DNA of 64,000 nucleotides from Thermodesulfovibrionales bacterium (GTDB lineage Bacteria; Nitrospirota; Thermodesulfovibrionia; Thermodesulfovibrionales; UBA9159): NCBI GenBank assembly GCA_035686305.1, contig DASRZP010000052.1, positions 9,723 to 73,722 of the forward strand, read 5' to 3'. Shown piece by piece: positions 1 to 10,000 of this stretch (position 1 is its first letter; each line of letters starts with the position of its first letter). The notes under the pieces were generated by a model. It saw only the letters and a program-made list of their open reading frames with translations, ran no database searches and was not told where the DNA came from. The position numbers and the translations under genes were made by a program.

Positions 1-141
1 GAGCGAGAGAATCTCCGTAAAGGTTTCCTCAAATGCCCTGGGCGATACATTCCGGTCTATGCCGACAATGTTCCCCTCGGCATCAGTGATGTTGTCGTTG
101 TGAGTATCCTGAAAATGGAGATCGCTGATTACCACCAACAT
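1..141 (-). CDS. Partial CDS (first 47 codons; continues past the window start): probable calcineurin-like metallophosphoesterase
   Basis: Reverse strand from the ATG (complement of 139-141) reads MLVVISDLHFQDTHNDNITDAEGNIVGIDRNV. A hydrophobic strand followed by SDLHF matches the DxH motif I of metallophosphoesterases. GGAGAG lies about 6 nt upstream. The ORF track omits it because it runs off the window. Confidence 0.45.
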   Translation of the reverse strand, partial: MLVVISDLHFQDTHNDNITDAEGNIVGIDRNVSPRAFEETFTEILSL

Positions 142-475
142 AGACTACCTCTCCAAGGCTCACCTGCACGGTTAGCTATTTATAGCTATGTCGCCGAAAA
201 TTGTCAAGAAAACGGTGCCACCGGTGAATTGAATTTATTAACTATCATTATCAGCATATAAGTTTTTTTTATTTGCCCTTATGAAAGAAATTATGAAAAA
301 TATTGCCCTGCTTCATCGGGAGGGAACCCGCAGAGCAAGTCGGATAAGTCGAAGCGATCTGCTCTGACAAAAGGGAGTAAAAAAAGTTGCCGACATGGTA
401 AGAAGACGCACTGAAAGCCTGGCGTTTCCGAGGCAGTCTTTCAGCTGATATTGTGCAGCATGGGGAGGGAATCGT

Positions 476-3400
476 TTGACGAGAAGCTCTGTACGCCTCT
501 TATTGTTGTCTCTTTTTGTCTTCCTTTCGCCGTCTTTTACCGAAGCATCTGATACGGCTCTCGAAAAAGATCTCCAGAAGCGCCTTGAAAAGAGTAAGCG
601 CATAATCTCGAAGGCAATAGAAAAACTCAAAGGGGGGAGTTCCATATTTGATGAGACAGCGCAACTGAAGGCCACGGCTGAGGACGTTAGGACAGTGGAC
701 CTCCTGCTTCAGGAGCGTTTCAGGTTGATGGATGAAGAAATAAAGTCAAAAGGGCCAACTGCCCGCGTGAGACAGGGAGTGATGGCGGATGGTTACCGCA
801 AGGCCCTTGCTGAATATCTCAGTCTTATTGACAGCCTCCCCCCTGAAGGGCAAAACGCTGAAGCAGTTCTGGAAAACCTCAGAGACCTTCTTGACAGAAC
901 CCTCAAGAAAAAGAAGAAGCCAATCTTCGGAAGCCTTCCTTACAGGAACCTCTACTATCCCTCAAGAGAACCAAGCGCAGACCCGCCCATTAAACCCGCT
1001 TACAAGGGCGGGAACAGGACCGTCTCCACTGATGATCTGAAAAATACTGCCGAAGCGCCAATTTCAGATACAATAGCTAACCTTGCACAATCGTTGAACT
1101 GGAATCCCATATCGATGTACGAATATGTGAAGAACACCATCGAGACAGAGTGGTACTGGGGTTGCATGAAAGGGGCGGAGGAGACCTTACGGCAGAAAGC
1201 GGGCAATGACTGCGATCAGGCGACACTCCTCGTCGCACTTTTCAGAGCGTCGGGGTTCCCCTCAAGGTATGTAAGGGGGACGATGGAATTTTTTGCAGGG
1301 GGACGAGACGGATCTCCGATAGAGAAGGTGAAGAATCTCACCGGCATAGATGACCCGTGGAAGATAGCTGAGTATTTCCAGAAGGCAGGAGTTCCCTATA
1401 AAACAACACTATCAGGGGGAACAATAACCAACTTCCAGATTGAGCACATATGGGTAGAGAGCCAGATACCCTATGCCAACTACCGGGGAGCGATTATCGA
1501 CGAGCAGGGAAAGATGTGGCTCGGCCTTGATACGTCCATAAAAGTGAAGGGATATACATACAACAATCCGATAGACGTCTATCAGCAATCGGGAATGAGC
1601 GCGCAACTATCAGCCTTGATGGACCAATACTTGGGCGCGATGCATACAGAAACTCCTCTTGAGTATCTGGAAGGAAAACTTTCAGCCAGCAGTTATCAAC
1701 TTTCTGCCCTCATGAGGACAAGGACTATAATCCCGGAGGTAATGAATATCCTCCCTGCGAGCATGCAGTTCAATCAGATCAAGATCACCCATGAGTATAC
1801 CGAGATACCTGACGAACTGAAGCACAAAGTCAGATTCATCACAGCAGACACAAACAGCGCTGAACTCTTCTCGCTGATACTCGATACCCTCAAACTCTCC
1901 AACCAGAAGATAACGATAAGCTATGAACCGGAGACGGTGGAGGACCAGCAGATCATCGACTCCTATGGAGGCTTGGATAACACACCAGCATATCTGGTGA
2001 GATTGAGGCCGGTGCTAAAGGTGAATGGGCAGAGAATGGTTGTCGGTAAGGACGCCTTGCCGATGGGAGAAGAACATACACTGCAAATAGAGCTCATCTC
2101 GCCCAATGGAACGGAAACGGGCACGAATACGCAGATAACCGGGAATGTGGTCGCCATAGGAATAGTCTCCCAGAAAGCCGTCCAACAGTCAACTGCGGAT
2201 ATAGGCAGTGATGCGGAGGCATTGCTCTTCAGAGAGACAGTAACCTATATCGACCGGTGGAACAAAGCTGAGGAAGAACTCGCCTCAATCATGCAGTTGA
2301 CATTGTCAAGACCGATGCCGACGGTGGTAATTGTCGGAGGAGTGATAGATGTCACCTGTCTTCTCGACATACCGCACGGCTTTGAATGGAAGGGAACGTT
2401 CATTGACGCGCCGGTAAGGGCGGTTGAAATAATCTCGCCGCAGTCATCCCTGCGCCGAGATGCGGAAGGAAAGCGACAAGCGACATTCATGCAATTATCC
2501 GCCCTCCAGGGCTCGATACTCGAAAACAGAATCTTCGAGGATGATTTCCGGGTCGATTCCATATCAACGGCAAAGCTCTTTGAAGTCGCAAACGCAAGTC
2601 ATACGCCGGTCCTGTCCATTGACAAAGCTAACATATCCTCACTGTTTCCCGCATTGTCATTCGATGAGGCCATCAAACAGGACATAGCAAATGCTGTGAA
2701 CCAAAATCTCACCGTCCGCATGCCTCAGACCGAAATGAGTTACGCCGATTGGACAGGAGTCGGTTATCTCAAAGAAAATCCTTTGACAGGTGAAGCCGGC
2801 TATATGCTTACCGGCATGATAGCAGGCGGAATGACGGCGGTATCACCGAATAAATGGCTGTCGGGCGATCTTAAGAGCACCTTGAACAGACCGTACTCTA
2901 CAAATTTCGCCATCCGTCCACTGATGGTAGCCATCATCTTCCCTTATGACGGAGCCGCCCTGTCTGGTTCACTGATAGACGTTGAAGGAATCGTAAGCGA
3001 TCCTGCCGCGACAGTGAATGTCAATGGCGTTAGGGCATCGGTTTCGAACAATGGCCGGTTTGCTGCAAAGGGAGTGTCGTTATCAACAGGAACAAACCGG
3101 ATAACAGCCGTTGCAACATCACTGCTCGGTAAGACTGATTCGCAGACCATAAGCGTCAATTATCAACCGTCCCAGATATCACCCATGATGCTATCGATAA
3201 CGTATCCGACTGCAGGCGCTTCGATCAATAGGCGGACAACCGTGGTGAGGGGAACTGTCACGACAGATGCGAAAGAGATATCGATCAAGGTAAACGGAAT
3301 AGCAGCAGATATTTATGGCAATCAGTTTGTGATCAACAATGTATCACTCGTAGACGGGGACAATGTGATCATCGCTAATGCACTGGATAGTAATGGAGCA

Positions 3401-4012
3401 GTTGCAAGGGCAGAGGTCACGGTAAGGGGAGACACCTCGAAGCCCTATGTTACTCTTAGCGCCAGCATCACGAGCGGCATACCGGCACTTATGGCATACT
3501 TTTCCGTCGCGACCTCCATACCCAACGTAATAACGTCGTATCAGATTGACTTTGAGGGAGCTGGGGTGATTGATTACACCGGTGACAATTTCGAAAATAT
3601 CAGCCACACCTATACGACTGAAGGCGTATATTATCCAACCGTGACGGTGGTGGATGCTCAAGGGAATACCTATACGGATTCGATTGCTATAACCGTGTTG
3701 AATAAGGCGGAAATCGATGCGCTGCTTAAAGGAAAATGGCTCAAGCTAAAAGCGGCGTTAGCAAGCGGAGACATCGAGGGAGCATTAGTTCTGTTCAAAG
3801 AAAGAGCCAAGGACAAATATAGAACTATCTTCAATGCACTCAAGGATCAGTTGCCGATGATCTTGCAGACATTTATAGAGTTCAACATCATCGACGTGTA
3901 TGAGATCATCGCCGAATATGAGATCGTGGCAAATGAAGATGGAATACTCTACTCTTATCCCGGCGTATTTATCAGGGGTGGCGATGGGATTTGGAAGTTT
4001 AACGACTTTTGA
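476..4012 (+). CDS. Secreted transglutaminase-like (papain-fold Cys-His-Asp) protein with Ig-like/PKD repeats and a small C-terminal alpha+beta domain
   Basis: 1178-aa ORF with a TTG start 7 nt after GGGGAGGG. Signal peptide MTRSSVRLLLLSLFVFLSPSFTEA. Transglutaminase-core motifs: GNDCDQATLLVALFRASGFPSRYVRG (Cys codon 1211-1213), EHIWVES (His 1445-1447), WLGLDTS (Asp 1529-1531). A PKD-type repeat (HTYTTEGVYYPTVTVVDAQGNT) lies at about 3540-3700. Confidence 0.8.
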   Translation: MTRSSVRLLLLSLFVFLSPSFTEASDTALEKDLQKRLEKSKRIISKAIEKLKGGSSIFDETAQLKATAEDVRTVDLLLQERFRLMDEEIKSKGPTARVRQGVMADGYRKALAEYLSLIDSLPPEGQNAEAVLENLRDLLDRTLKKKKKPIFGSLPYRNLYYPSREPSADPPIKPAYKGGNRTVSTDDLKNTAEAPISDTIANLAQSLNWNPISMYEYVKNTIETEWYWGCMKGAEETLRQKAGNDCDQATLLVALFRASGFPSRYVRGTMEFFAGGRDGSPIEKVKNLTGIDDPWKIAEYFQKAGVPYKTTLSGGTITNFQIEHIWVESQIPYANYRGAIIDEQGKMWLGLDTSIKVKGYTYNNPIDVYQQSGMSAQLSALMDQYLGAMHTETPLEYLEGKLSASSYQLSALMRTRTIIPEVMNILPASMQFNQIKITHEYTEIPDELKHKVRFITADTNSAELFSLILDTLKLSNQKITISYEPETVEDQQIIDSYGGLDNTPAYLVRLRPVLKVNGQRMVVGKDALPMGEEHTLQIELISPNGTETGTNTQITGNVVAIGIVSQKAVQQSTADIGSDAEALLFRETVTYIDRWNKAEEELASIMQLTLSRPMPTVVIVGGVIDVTCLLDIPHGFEWKGTFIDAPVRAVEIISPQSSLRRDAEGKRQATFMQLSALQGSILENRIFEDDFRVDSISTAKLFEVANASHTPVLSIDKANISSLFPALSFDEAIKQDIANAVNQNLTVRMPQTEMSYADWTGVGYLKENPLTGEAGYMLTGMIAGGMTAVSPNKWLSGDLKSTLNRPYSTNFAIRPLMVAIIFPYDGAALSGSLIDVEGIVSDPAATVNVNGVRASVSNNGRFAAKGVSLSTGTNRITAVATSLLGKTDSQTISVNYQPSQISPMMLSITYPTAGASINRRTTVVRGTVTTDAKEISIKVNGIAADIYGNQFVINNVSLVDGDNVIIANALDSNGAVARAEVTVRGDTSKPYVTLSASITSGIPALMAYFSVATSIPNVITSYQIDFEGAGVIDYTGDNFENISHTYTTEGVYYPTVTVVDAQGNTYTDSIAITVLNKAEIDALLKGKWLKLKAALASGDIEGALVLFKERAKDKYRTIFNALKDQLPMILQTFIEFNIIDVYEIIAEYEIVANEDGILYSYPGVFIRGGDGIWKFNDF

Positions 4013-4021
4013 CGGGAGGCT

Positions 4022-4564
4022 GTGGTGCTTGAGAAAAAATTAATCATTCTGAGTCTGATTCTTTTATTTGCCGGATGTTACCCCATCCGATATGACGGGC
4101 CATATAAAGGAAGGGTAATAGATGCAGAGACGGGCAAGCCGATTGAGGGAGTGGTGGTGTTGGGGGTTTGGTATAAAGAGATTGCAACTCCCGCCGGGGG
4201 CGTAGGCTCATATTACGATGCCGATGAGACGGCGACGGACAAGAATGGTGATTTCGAAATTCAGGGTAAGGGACTGAGGATTCTGAGTAACATAGGCCCC
4301 ATGCATGTGCTGATATTCAAGGCAGGGTATCAGTATATCGGTATGGGAATGTGGGAATCCCTCAGTATCGATGGGGGACTAATGAAGAAGAAGGCTGCAT
4401 GGGAAGGAGATAGGGCGATTATTCCTCTGAGAAAGTTGACTATGGAGGAGAGGAAAGAATCAGAAACGTTTCCTTCATCTCCACCTGCTCAAGCGCCTAG
4501 AGAAAAGATTAGATTGATGATGGAAGAACTTCACAAAGAAAGAAAAGACCGTGGCCTGGAATAG
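4022..4564 (+). CDS. Small lipoprotein with a carboxypeptidase-regulatory-like (CarboxypepD_reg) beta-sandwich
   Basis: 180-aa ORF with a GTG start 9 nt after the upstream stop and GGGAGG in front. Lipobox LLFAGC. The motif GRVIDAETGKPIEGVVVLG is typical of CarboxypepD_reg domains. Confidence 0.6.
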   Translation: MVLEKKLIILSLILLFAGCYPIRYDGPYKGRVIDAETGKPIEGVVVLGVWYKEIATPAGGVGSYYDADETATDKNGDFEIQGKGLRILSNIGPMHVLIFKAGYQYIGMGMWESLSIDGGLMKKKAAWEGDRAIIPLRKLTMEERKESETFPSSPPAQAPREKIRLMMEELHKERKDRGLE

Positions 4565-4586
4565 GAATTTGAATACGGAGCTCGCC

Positions 4587-6989
4587 TTGTATAAAAAATG
4601 CCTTCATGCTATAAGCTTGTTTGCTGGTCTTAGCCTCTTTATCACTAGCACTGCATCGCCATGGGATAATGAGAAGACTCATAAGGATCTTTCAAAAATT
4701 GCAGCATCACAATCTATTCTAAGCAAGACCAAGGGCGATTACCTAATACGACTTGGCTTTCGGAAAGAATTGCTTGAACAGTTTCGATTGAATGACGTCA
4801 CTAGAACTGTAAGCGACTGGTTTCAAGAAGGTGCTTTTCTTGAAGATGCAGGCAGCAATTGGGATGCTATGAAGGGTACGGCCCGATTTAACAACCATTT
4901 CCATAATCCCTTGAAGCCATGGGAGGCCGCAGGCTTGCACGATGTGCAGAATGGTGAATCAGCACTGTTATGGGCGCAGGACAACGCGAATCAGCAAAGG
5001 TATTCGGAGAGTGAAGGTCTTGCGGGCGATCAAACATGGCAAACAATACGACTCTATTACTACAATGCTTTGACGAGAAAGACTGACGCAGAACGTCAAG
5101 AATACTTCGCGAGGACGTTCAAAGGACTTGGGCATCAGATTCATCTGATTCAAGATATGTCGGTGCCTGCGCATGTGCGGAATGACGCGCATCCGGAGGA
5201 TGCTCTCGTAGGGAGGGATTCTGGAGGCGATCTCTACTTTGAGACCTGGGCAAAGAAGAATGCAGATAAAATTAACCTTTTCGCTGCATCGCCGAATTTC
5301 CCGCAAGTTGACCTGACTAAGAATTCTGGCGGTTTTGTTCCAATCACTCAGTTCTATGACACCGATCAATATAAGGAAGGCACAACGCCAAGTACCAGTC
5401 TAGCCTGGGGATTGTCGGAATACACCAACGCCAATTTCGTCAGCACTGATACCATATTTACCGATAACCTGAGCAAAGATGACAAGCACTATTTCCCCTA
5501 CCCCAAGTACAGCTCTCAGTGTTACTTACGGTTCGAGGAAATTTATCCTCGAACTAAGAAACCGAGAGTATATTTCGGCAAACAGTGCAGCGATGAAACA
5601 ATCGTCCATTTTGTTGCCGTAAGTCCTTTATATAAACATTTGAGCGACAGTACAACTGTCCAACTCCTGGCATTAAAACTTGACGAGACGACCCATTATG
5701 ACTATGCCCAGAAGCTTATCCCCCGCGCTGTTGGCTACTCAGCTGGTCTTCTTAACTACTTTTTCCGCGGCGATATCAGGCTGAGTTATGAGACGGGTGT
5801 AACGCCCGGCTATGTCATTACGAACTACAGCGGAGAAAAGATGGAAGGCAGATTTATGCTTTATTACGACAATAGCGCCGAAACCAGAAATCCGATCTGG
5901 GTTGGAGATGGTCTCCTTGAGGCTAAGACGGGTGATAAGGCAAACACCTTTGACTTTATCCCTCCCAGTGACGCAAGAGAGCCGGGCAAATATATCCTTG
6001 TCTTCAAGGGCAAGATGGGCAATGAGGACGGTGCAGTAGCAGGGTATGTGTTCAGCAGGACCCTTGAGATCACCCCGCCTGACCAATTCGTTTATGCCAT
6101 GGCGGATGCAGATCCGTCCGACCCTTACTTTTCAAGCATTAAAGCAAAAGTGAGAAACACAAACCCTTCTGAGGCCGTACAGAATGGAATGATTCAAGCA
6201 GTAGCGAAGTATAAGGCTGATACGGATGACGCCGATTTTATCTATTCGGTGTCAGCTCCGATATCAGTAGTCTCCTTAAGTGCCACGAGTGCGACAGAGC
6301 TCCTATTCGATTTCAGCAATGACCCCATACCCATCGATATTACGGACCTTTATCTCCAGGTGATCTTCAAAGGCAAAGTTGGGAACGACGACAATGCAGT
6401 TGCTGTTGGATTGAAAGACATCAGCGAACCAACGCCGGTCGATCTCTTTAACAATACGGATTTGGCGTGTATCAACGGCGCCTGGTACACTGCCGGAAGT
6501 CCCGAAGCAATTGCTCAAGTTGACGCAAACGGCAATAAAATAGCCGATGAATGGGATGTCTATCCTCATGAGATACGAGACATTTTCATGAGGTTCTCTT
6601 CGCCTCTGAATCCTCAGCATGCCTCGGCTGATGCATATCAATTTCATGTACCGAGCATAGGCCCCGGTCAATCCATGAGAGCGCTTTACATCCTCACCGA
6701 CCATGACTACAGATATAGTTTTTATCAGACCTGGCACAAAAAAAGCGAGAACGACCCATGGGCGGAGGGGCCAACTGAGAGTCTCCATCGGGGCATTGCA
6801 CTCAAGAACCAGAAGGATTACGTGAGCGATCCTGCTCTCTGCAGCAGCGCTCCACCCTGTTACGTCACAGAATATCCGACCTACTATACTTACAGGAACT
6901 GGGAGAGCTGGTGGGGCGGATCGATTATATATATAGATAATTCCTATCCTCCCGGCTCTACGTGCCCCGGGCTTCTCTTGAAAGATTGA
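4587..6989 (+). CDS. Secreted protein with an N-terminal zinc-dependent phospholipase C / S1-P1 nuclease-fold domain and a ~550-aa C-terminal region of unknown function
   Basis: The ORF is open from 4551 (GTG). TTG at 4587 has GGAG 6 nt upstream and avoids overlap with the upstream gene. The signal peptide ends ...ITSTASP followed by WDNEKTH (Trp codon 4662-4664). HLIQDMSVPAH (5142-5174) has the same H-x3-D-x5-H spacing as the zinc site in C. perfringens alpha-toxin (recalled from memory). Confidence 0.65.
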   Translation: MYKKCLHAISLFAGLSLFITSTASPWDNEKTHKDLSKIAASQSILSKTKGDYLIRLGFRKELLEQFRLNDVTRTVSDWFQEGAFLEDAGSNWDAMKGTARFNNHFHNPLKPWEAAGLHDVQNGESALLWAQDNANQQRYSESEGLAGDQTWQTIRLYYYNALTRKTDAERQEYFARTFKGLGHQIHLIQDMSVPAHVRNDAHPEDALVGRDSGGDLYFETWAKKNADKINLFAASPNFPQVDLTKNSGGFVPITQFYDTDQYKEGTTPSTSLAWGLSEYTNANFVSTDTIFTDNLSKDDKHYFPYPKYSSQCYLRFEEIYPRTKKPRVYFGKQCSDETIVHFVAVSPLYKHLSDSTTVQLLALKLDETTHYDYAQKLIPRAVGYSAGLLNYFFRGDIRLSYETGVTPGYVITNYSGEKMEGRFMLYYDNSAETRNPIWVGDGLLEAKTGDKANTFDFIPPSDAREPGKYILVFKGKMGNEDGAVAGYVFSRTLEITPPDQFVYAMADADPSDPYFSSIKAKVRNTNPSEAVQNGMIQAVAKYKADTDDADFIYSVSAPISVVSLSATSATELLFDFSNDPIPIDITDLYLQVIFKGKVGNDDNAVAVGLKDISEPTPVDLFNNTDLACINGAWYTAGSPEAIAQVDANGNKIADEWDVYPHEIRDIFMRFSSPLNPQHASADAYQFHVPSIGPGQSMRALYILTDHDYRYSFYQTWHKKSENDPWAEGPTESLHRGIALKNQKDYVSDPALCSSAPPCYVTEYPTYYTYRNWESWWGGSIIYIDNSYPPGSTCPGLLLKD

Positions 6990-7058
6990 TGAAGGTCAGG
7001 AAGAAAGGGGACAGGCTACTTTTGGGATCGATATTGGAAATGGTGGAGCGAGGATAAA

Positions 7059-10000
7059 ATGACCCAATACCGTGCTAAGCTCATAAGGAATATCTATGCA
7101 TATATCCTATCGGCTCTCGTTCTTTCTCCATTTATCTTATCCGCCTCTTCCGCTCAGGATTTCACTGCAAAGACCATCGGTGACTACGGCAATGTGACAG
7201 TTATGGAGGTTATGGGGAATTACGATTCCGACAACCCCGATGGCTCGACAAACCATAATCCGCGGGCAGCAATTGCAAAGGAATTCTTCCATACCCACCA
7301 GGACGAATACGACTTCCTGGTCATTTTCTCTAACTTCGATTTCAAGATGCCTGAAGCTGAGGCAAAGGCATTCTACTTGGGCGTCAAGAATGACACACAT
7401 GGAATCGGCGCACAGCTCTTCGATAATACCGCCTTTTTCGGCAGCAAAGGCAAACTCCAGGGGATGATAGACATGGGGAATATCTCGAACCTGGTGACGG
7501 ACCCCCGTGACTCGAAGTATGAGAACACTCTTTCAACCCTTTCCCACGAAGTCCTACACCGTTGGGCGGCCCGCGTAAAATTCAGAGACACCGCAGGCGC
7601 TGTCAGCACATCACTCCTGGGGAAAAATGGGGAGCACTGGAACTTTCTTCTGAACACCTACGCCTCGCTCCTTTACGGTAACCAGTGGAAGGACAATGGA
7701 GACGGCACCTTCACGTCAATTGCAGTGACGAAGTATTACAGTCCCCTTGATCTTTACCTCATGGGTTTTATCGACAAGTCGCAGGTTCCCCCCATGTTCC
7801 TCATCGACAACTCCGCAATCGATCCTGCGAGAATGCCCGAAGTCGGCGCCACGATCAGCGGAAGACTCCGATATATCACGATCGATGACATCATAGCTGC
7901 CGAGGGAGATAGAATCCCTTCTTCTTTAGAATCTCAAAAGACGTTCAAGACAGCCTTTATCTTTATAACATCACCCGGCACTTTCACTGGTGACGAGGTA
8001 TACGGAATCGAAAATATACGGAACGGTTGGATAACTCGATTTTCTGTGCTCACTGACGGCAAGGGCATAATGGAGGTTGCTTCGACCCTCCAGAACAGCA
8101 TCCCGACAAATCCCGGGATAATCCCGCCAACGGTAACTCCTCGTCCCCTGCCCCTGAACATTGAAGACGGCGTGAAATGGCTGATGACGAATCAGAAGAC
8201 CGATGGCAGTTGGATGGAGCTTGCCCAGACTGTTAAGAGGGATACGGCTGAAGCGGTCTTTGCTATAAAGGACTTTGCTATCGCGCAGCAGAACTATTCC
8301 CTGGGGTTTCAATGGCTCAGCCGCGATGAGTCAGAAAACGTTGATTATCTCTCCCGGAAGTTAGAGACCTTAGTAAATAGAGGACAAGACGCTTCTGCAC
8401 TCATGAATGAAATCCTCTCCCGCCAAAATGCCGATGGCGGGTGGGGTAGCAACAGAGATTATCTAAGTAATCCGCTGGATACAGCTCTTGCCTTAAAGGC
8501 GATTGCGCTTGCCGGTTATTCGGACACGACCGTCGTATCAAAGGCTATAACATATGTAAGAGCCGTTCAAAATGGAGACGGCGGATGGGGAGGAGAGGAC
8601 GGAGTAAGCACGGTGGAGGCAACGGCTGATGTCCTCACTGCATTCAGCAAGTACCGTCAAAATAATCAAATAGAGGACCTGATAACAAAGGGTGTTACCT
8701 TGCTTACACAGAGGCAAAACCCAGACGGCGGTTTCGGAAACAGCCCAAGCACGGTCTATGACACCGCACTGGCAGTGATGGCGCTTAAAGGACTTAATGC
8801 ATCTCAAGACAGCCTCAATAACGGCATTACGTATCTTCTCAATAGCCAGTCGGGCGATGGAAGCTGGAACAAGAGCCCTTACCAGACCGCCCTTGCGATC
8901 GATGTTGCCGGGAAGGTGCTGGTGGATCCGGATCTGTCCATAAAGACTGCAGACATAACTTTCGTTCCCGCCACGATAACCAGCCTCCCGGCGAATATCG
9001 TGGTGAACGCCGTCGTGCACAATCTCGGCATGACCGATATCCCTCAGGCAACGGTCGCTCTTTACGACGGCGCAGTAGCGGATGCAAACAAGATAGGGGT
9101 GCAAACCGCCGCATTCCCCGCGCAGTCTTCTGTGACGGTCACATTTCCGTTGACGATAAGCGACGGTAACCAGCATACATTTCACGTAGTCACAGACCCG
9201 GGCAATATTATCAAGGAATGGAACAAGGCCAACAATGTGGCCATGGTTATTCTGAACCTCCAGGGAACATATGACTTCGAGGTCCTGTCCTCGGGTATCT
9301 CGCTGTCCCAAAACCCCGCCGACATATTCAGCGATGTAACGATAAGCGAGAAGATAAGGAACAAGGGTACTTTGAACGCCTACAACGTCCAGGTCAAATA
9401 CTACATCGACGATCCCCAGAGCCCCATCGATATCGGGACGACAACCATCGACATCCCGGCGGGCGCGTCAGTGACGAATCAAGTAACATGGATGGCGAAC
9501 AAAGCAGGGGACAACATGCCGTTGACGATCCTCGTGGATCCCCTGAACACCTTCACCGAGGTATCGAAAGAGAATAACAAGGCTGTCATTCCCTTGACCG
9601 TCAGGAGTTCGATGGACCCAAACCTCACAGTATCCTATAAGGACATAACGATTACCCCTAATCCTGCGAATGACGGCGGAAACGCGCACATCTCCGCCAT
9701 CGTTGCCAATAACGGCTTCTCCTCTGCCTCGAACATCAAGGTGAATTTTTACAACGGCACCCCCGGGGTCGACGGCGTGCTCATCGGGAGCCAGACCATC
9801 CCGGCCCTGAAGGCGGGGGACAGCGCCACGGTTGTCACCGACTGGACGAGCATAAGCGGAGCAGGGACGAAGATCGTTTACGTTCAGGTGGACCTTGATA
9901 ACGTAATAAAGGAGATCAAGAAGGACGACAACAGCGCCTTTACGACGCTTAAGGTCCTCAGCCTTCCCGACCTTACGATCACATCGGGTTCCATCGTCTT

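Noticed and set aside
420-435. Possible sigma-54 element TGGCGTTTCCGAGGCA about 40 nt upstream of the transglutaminase-like gene.
   Set aside because: The GG/GC register is right, but the -12 region (AGGCA) and the -24 flank (TGGCGT) are weak. It is too marginal to call without mapping. It would be interesting only because the convergent pilin operon has a much better match.
313-675. 120-aa minus-strand ORF spanning the promoter region and the start of the transglutaminase-like gene.
   Set aside because: It overlaps the signal-peptide-coding start of a well-supported gene. It has no SD and no recognisable motif.
8170-8900. Whether the toroid region of the giant protein is an alpha-2-macroglobulin-type thioester domain.
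   Set aside because: The segment contains no cysteine at all, so a CxEQ thioester is impossible. Only the general fold resemblance remains.
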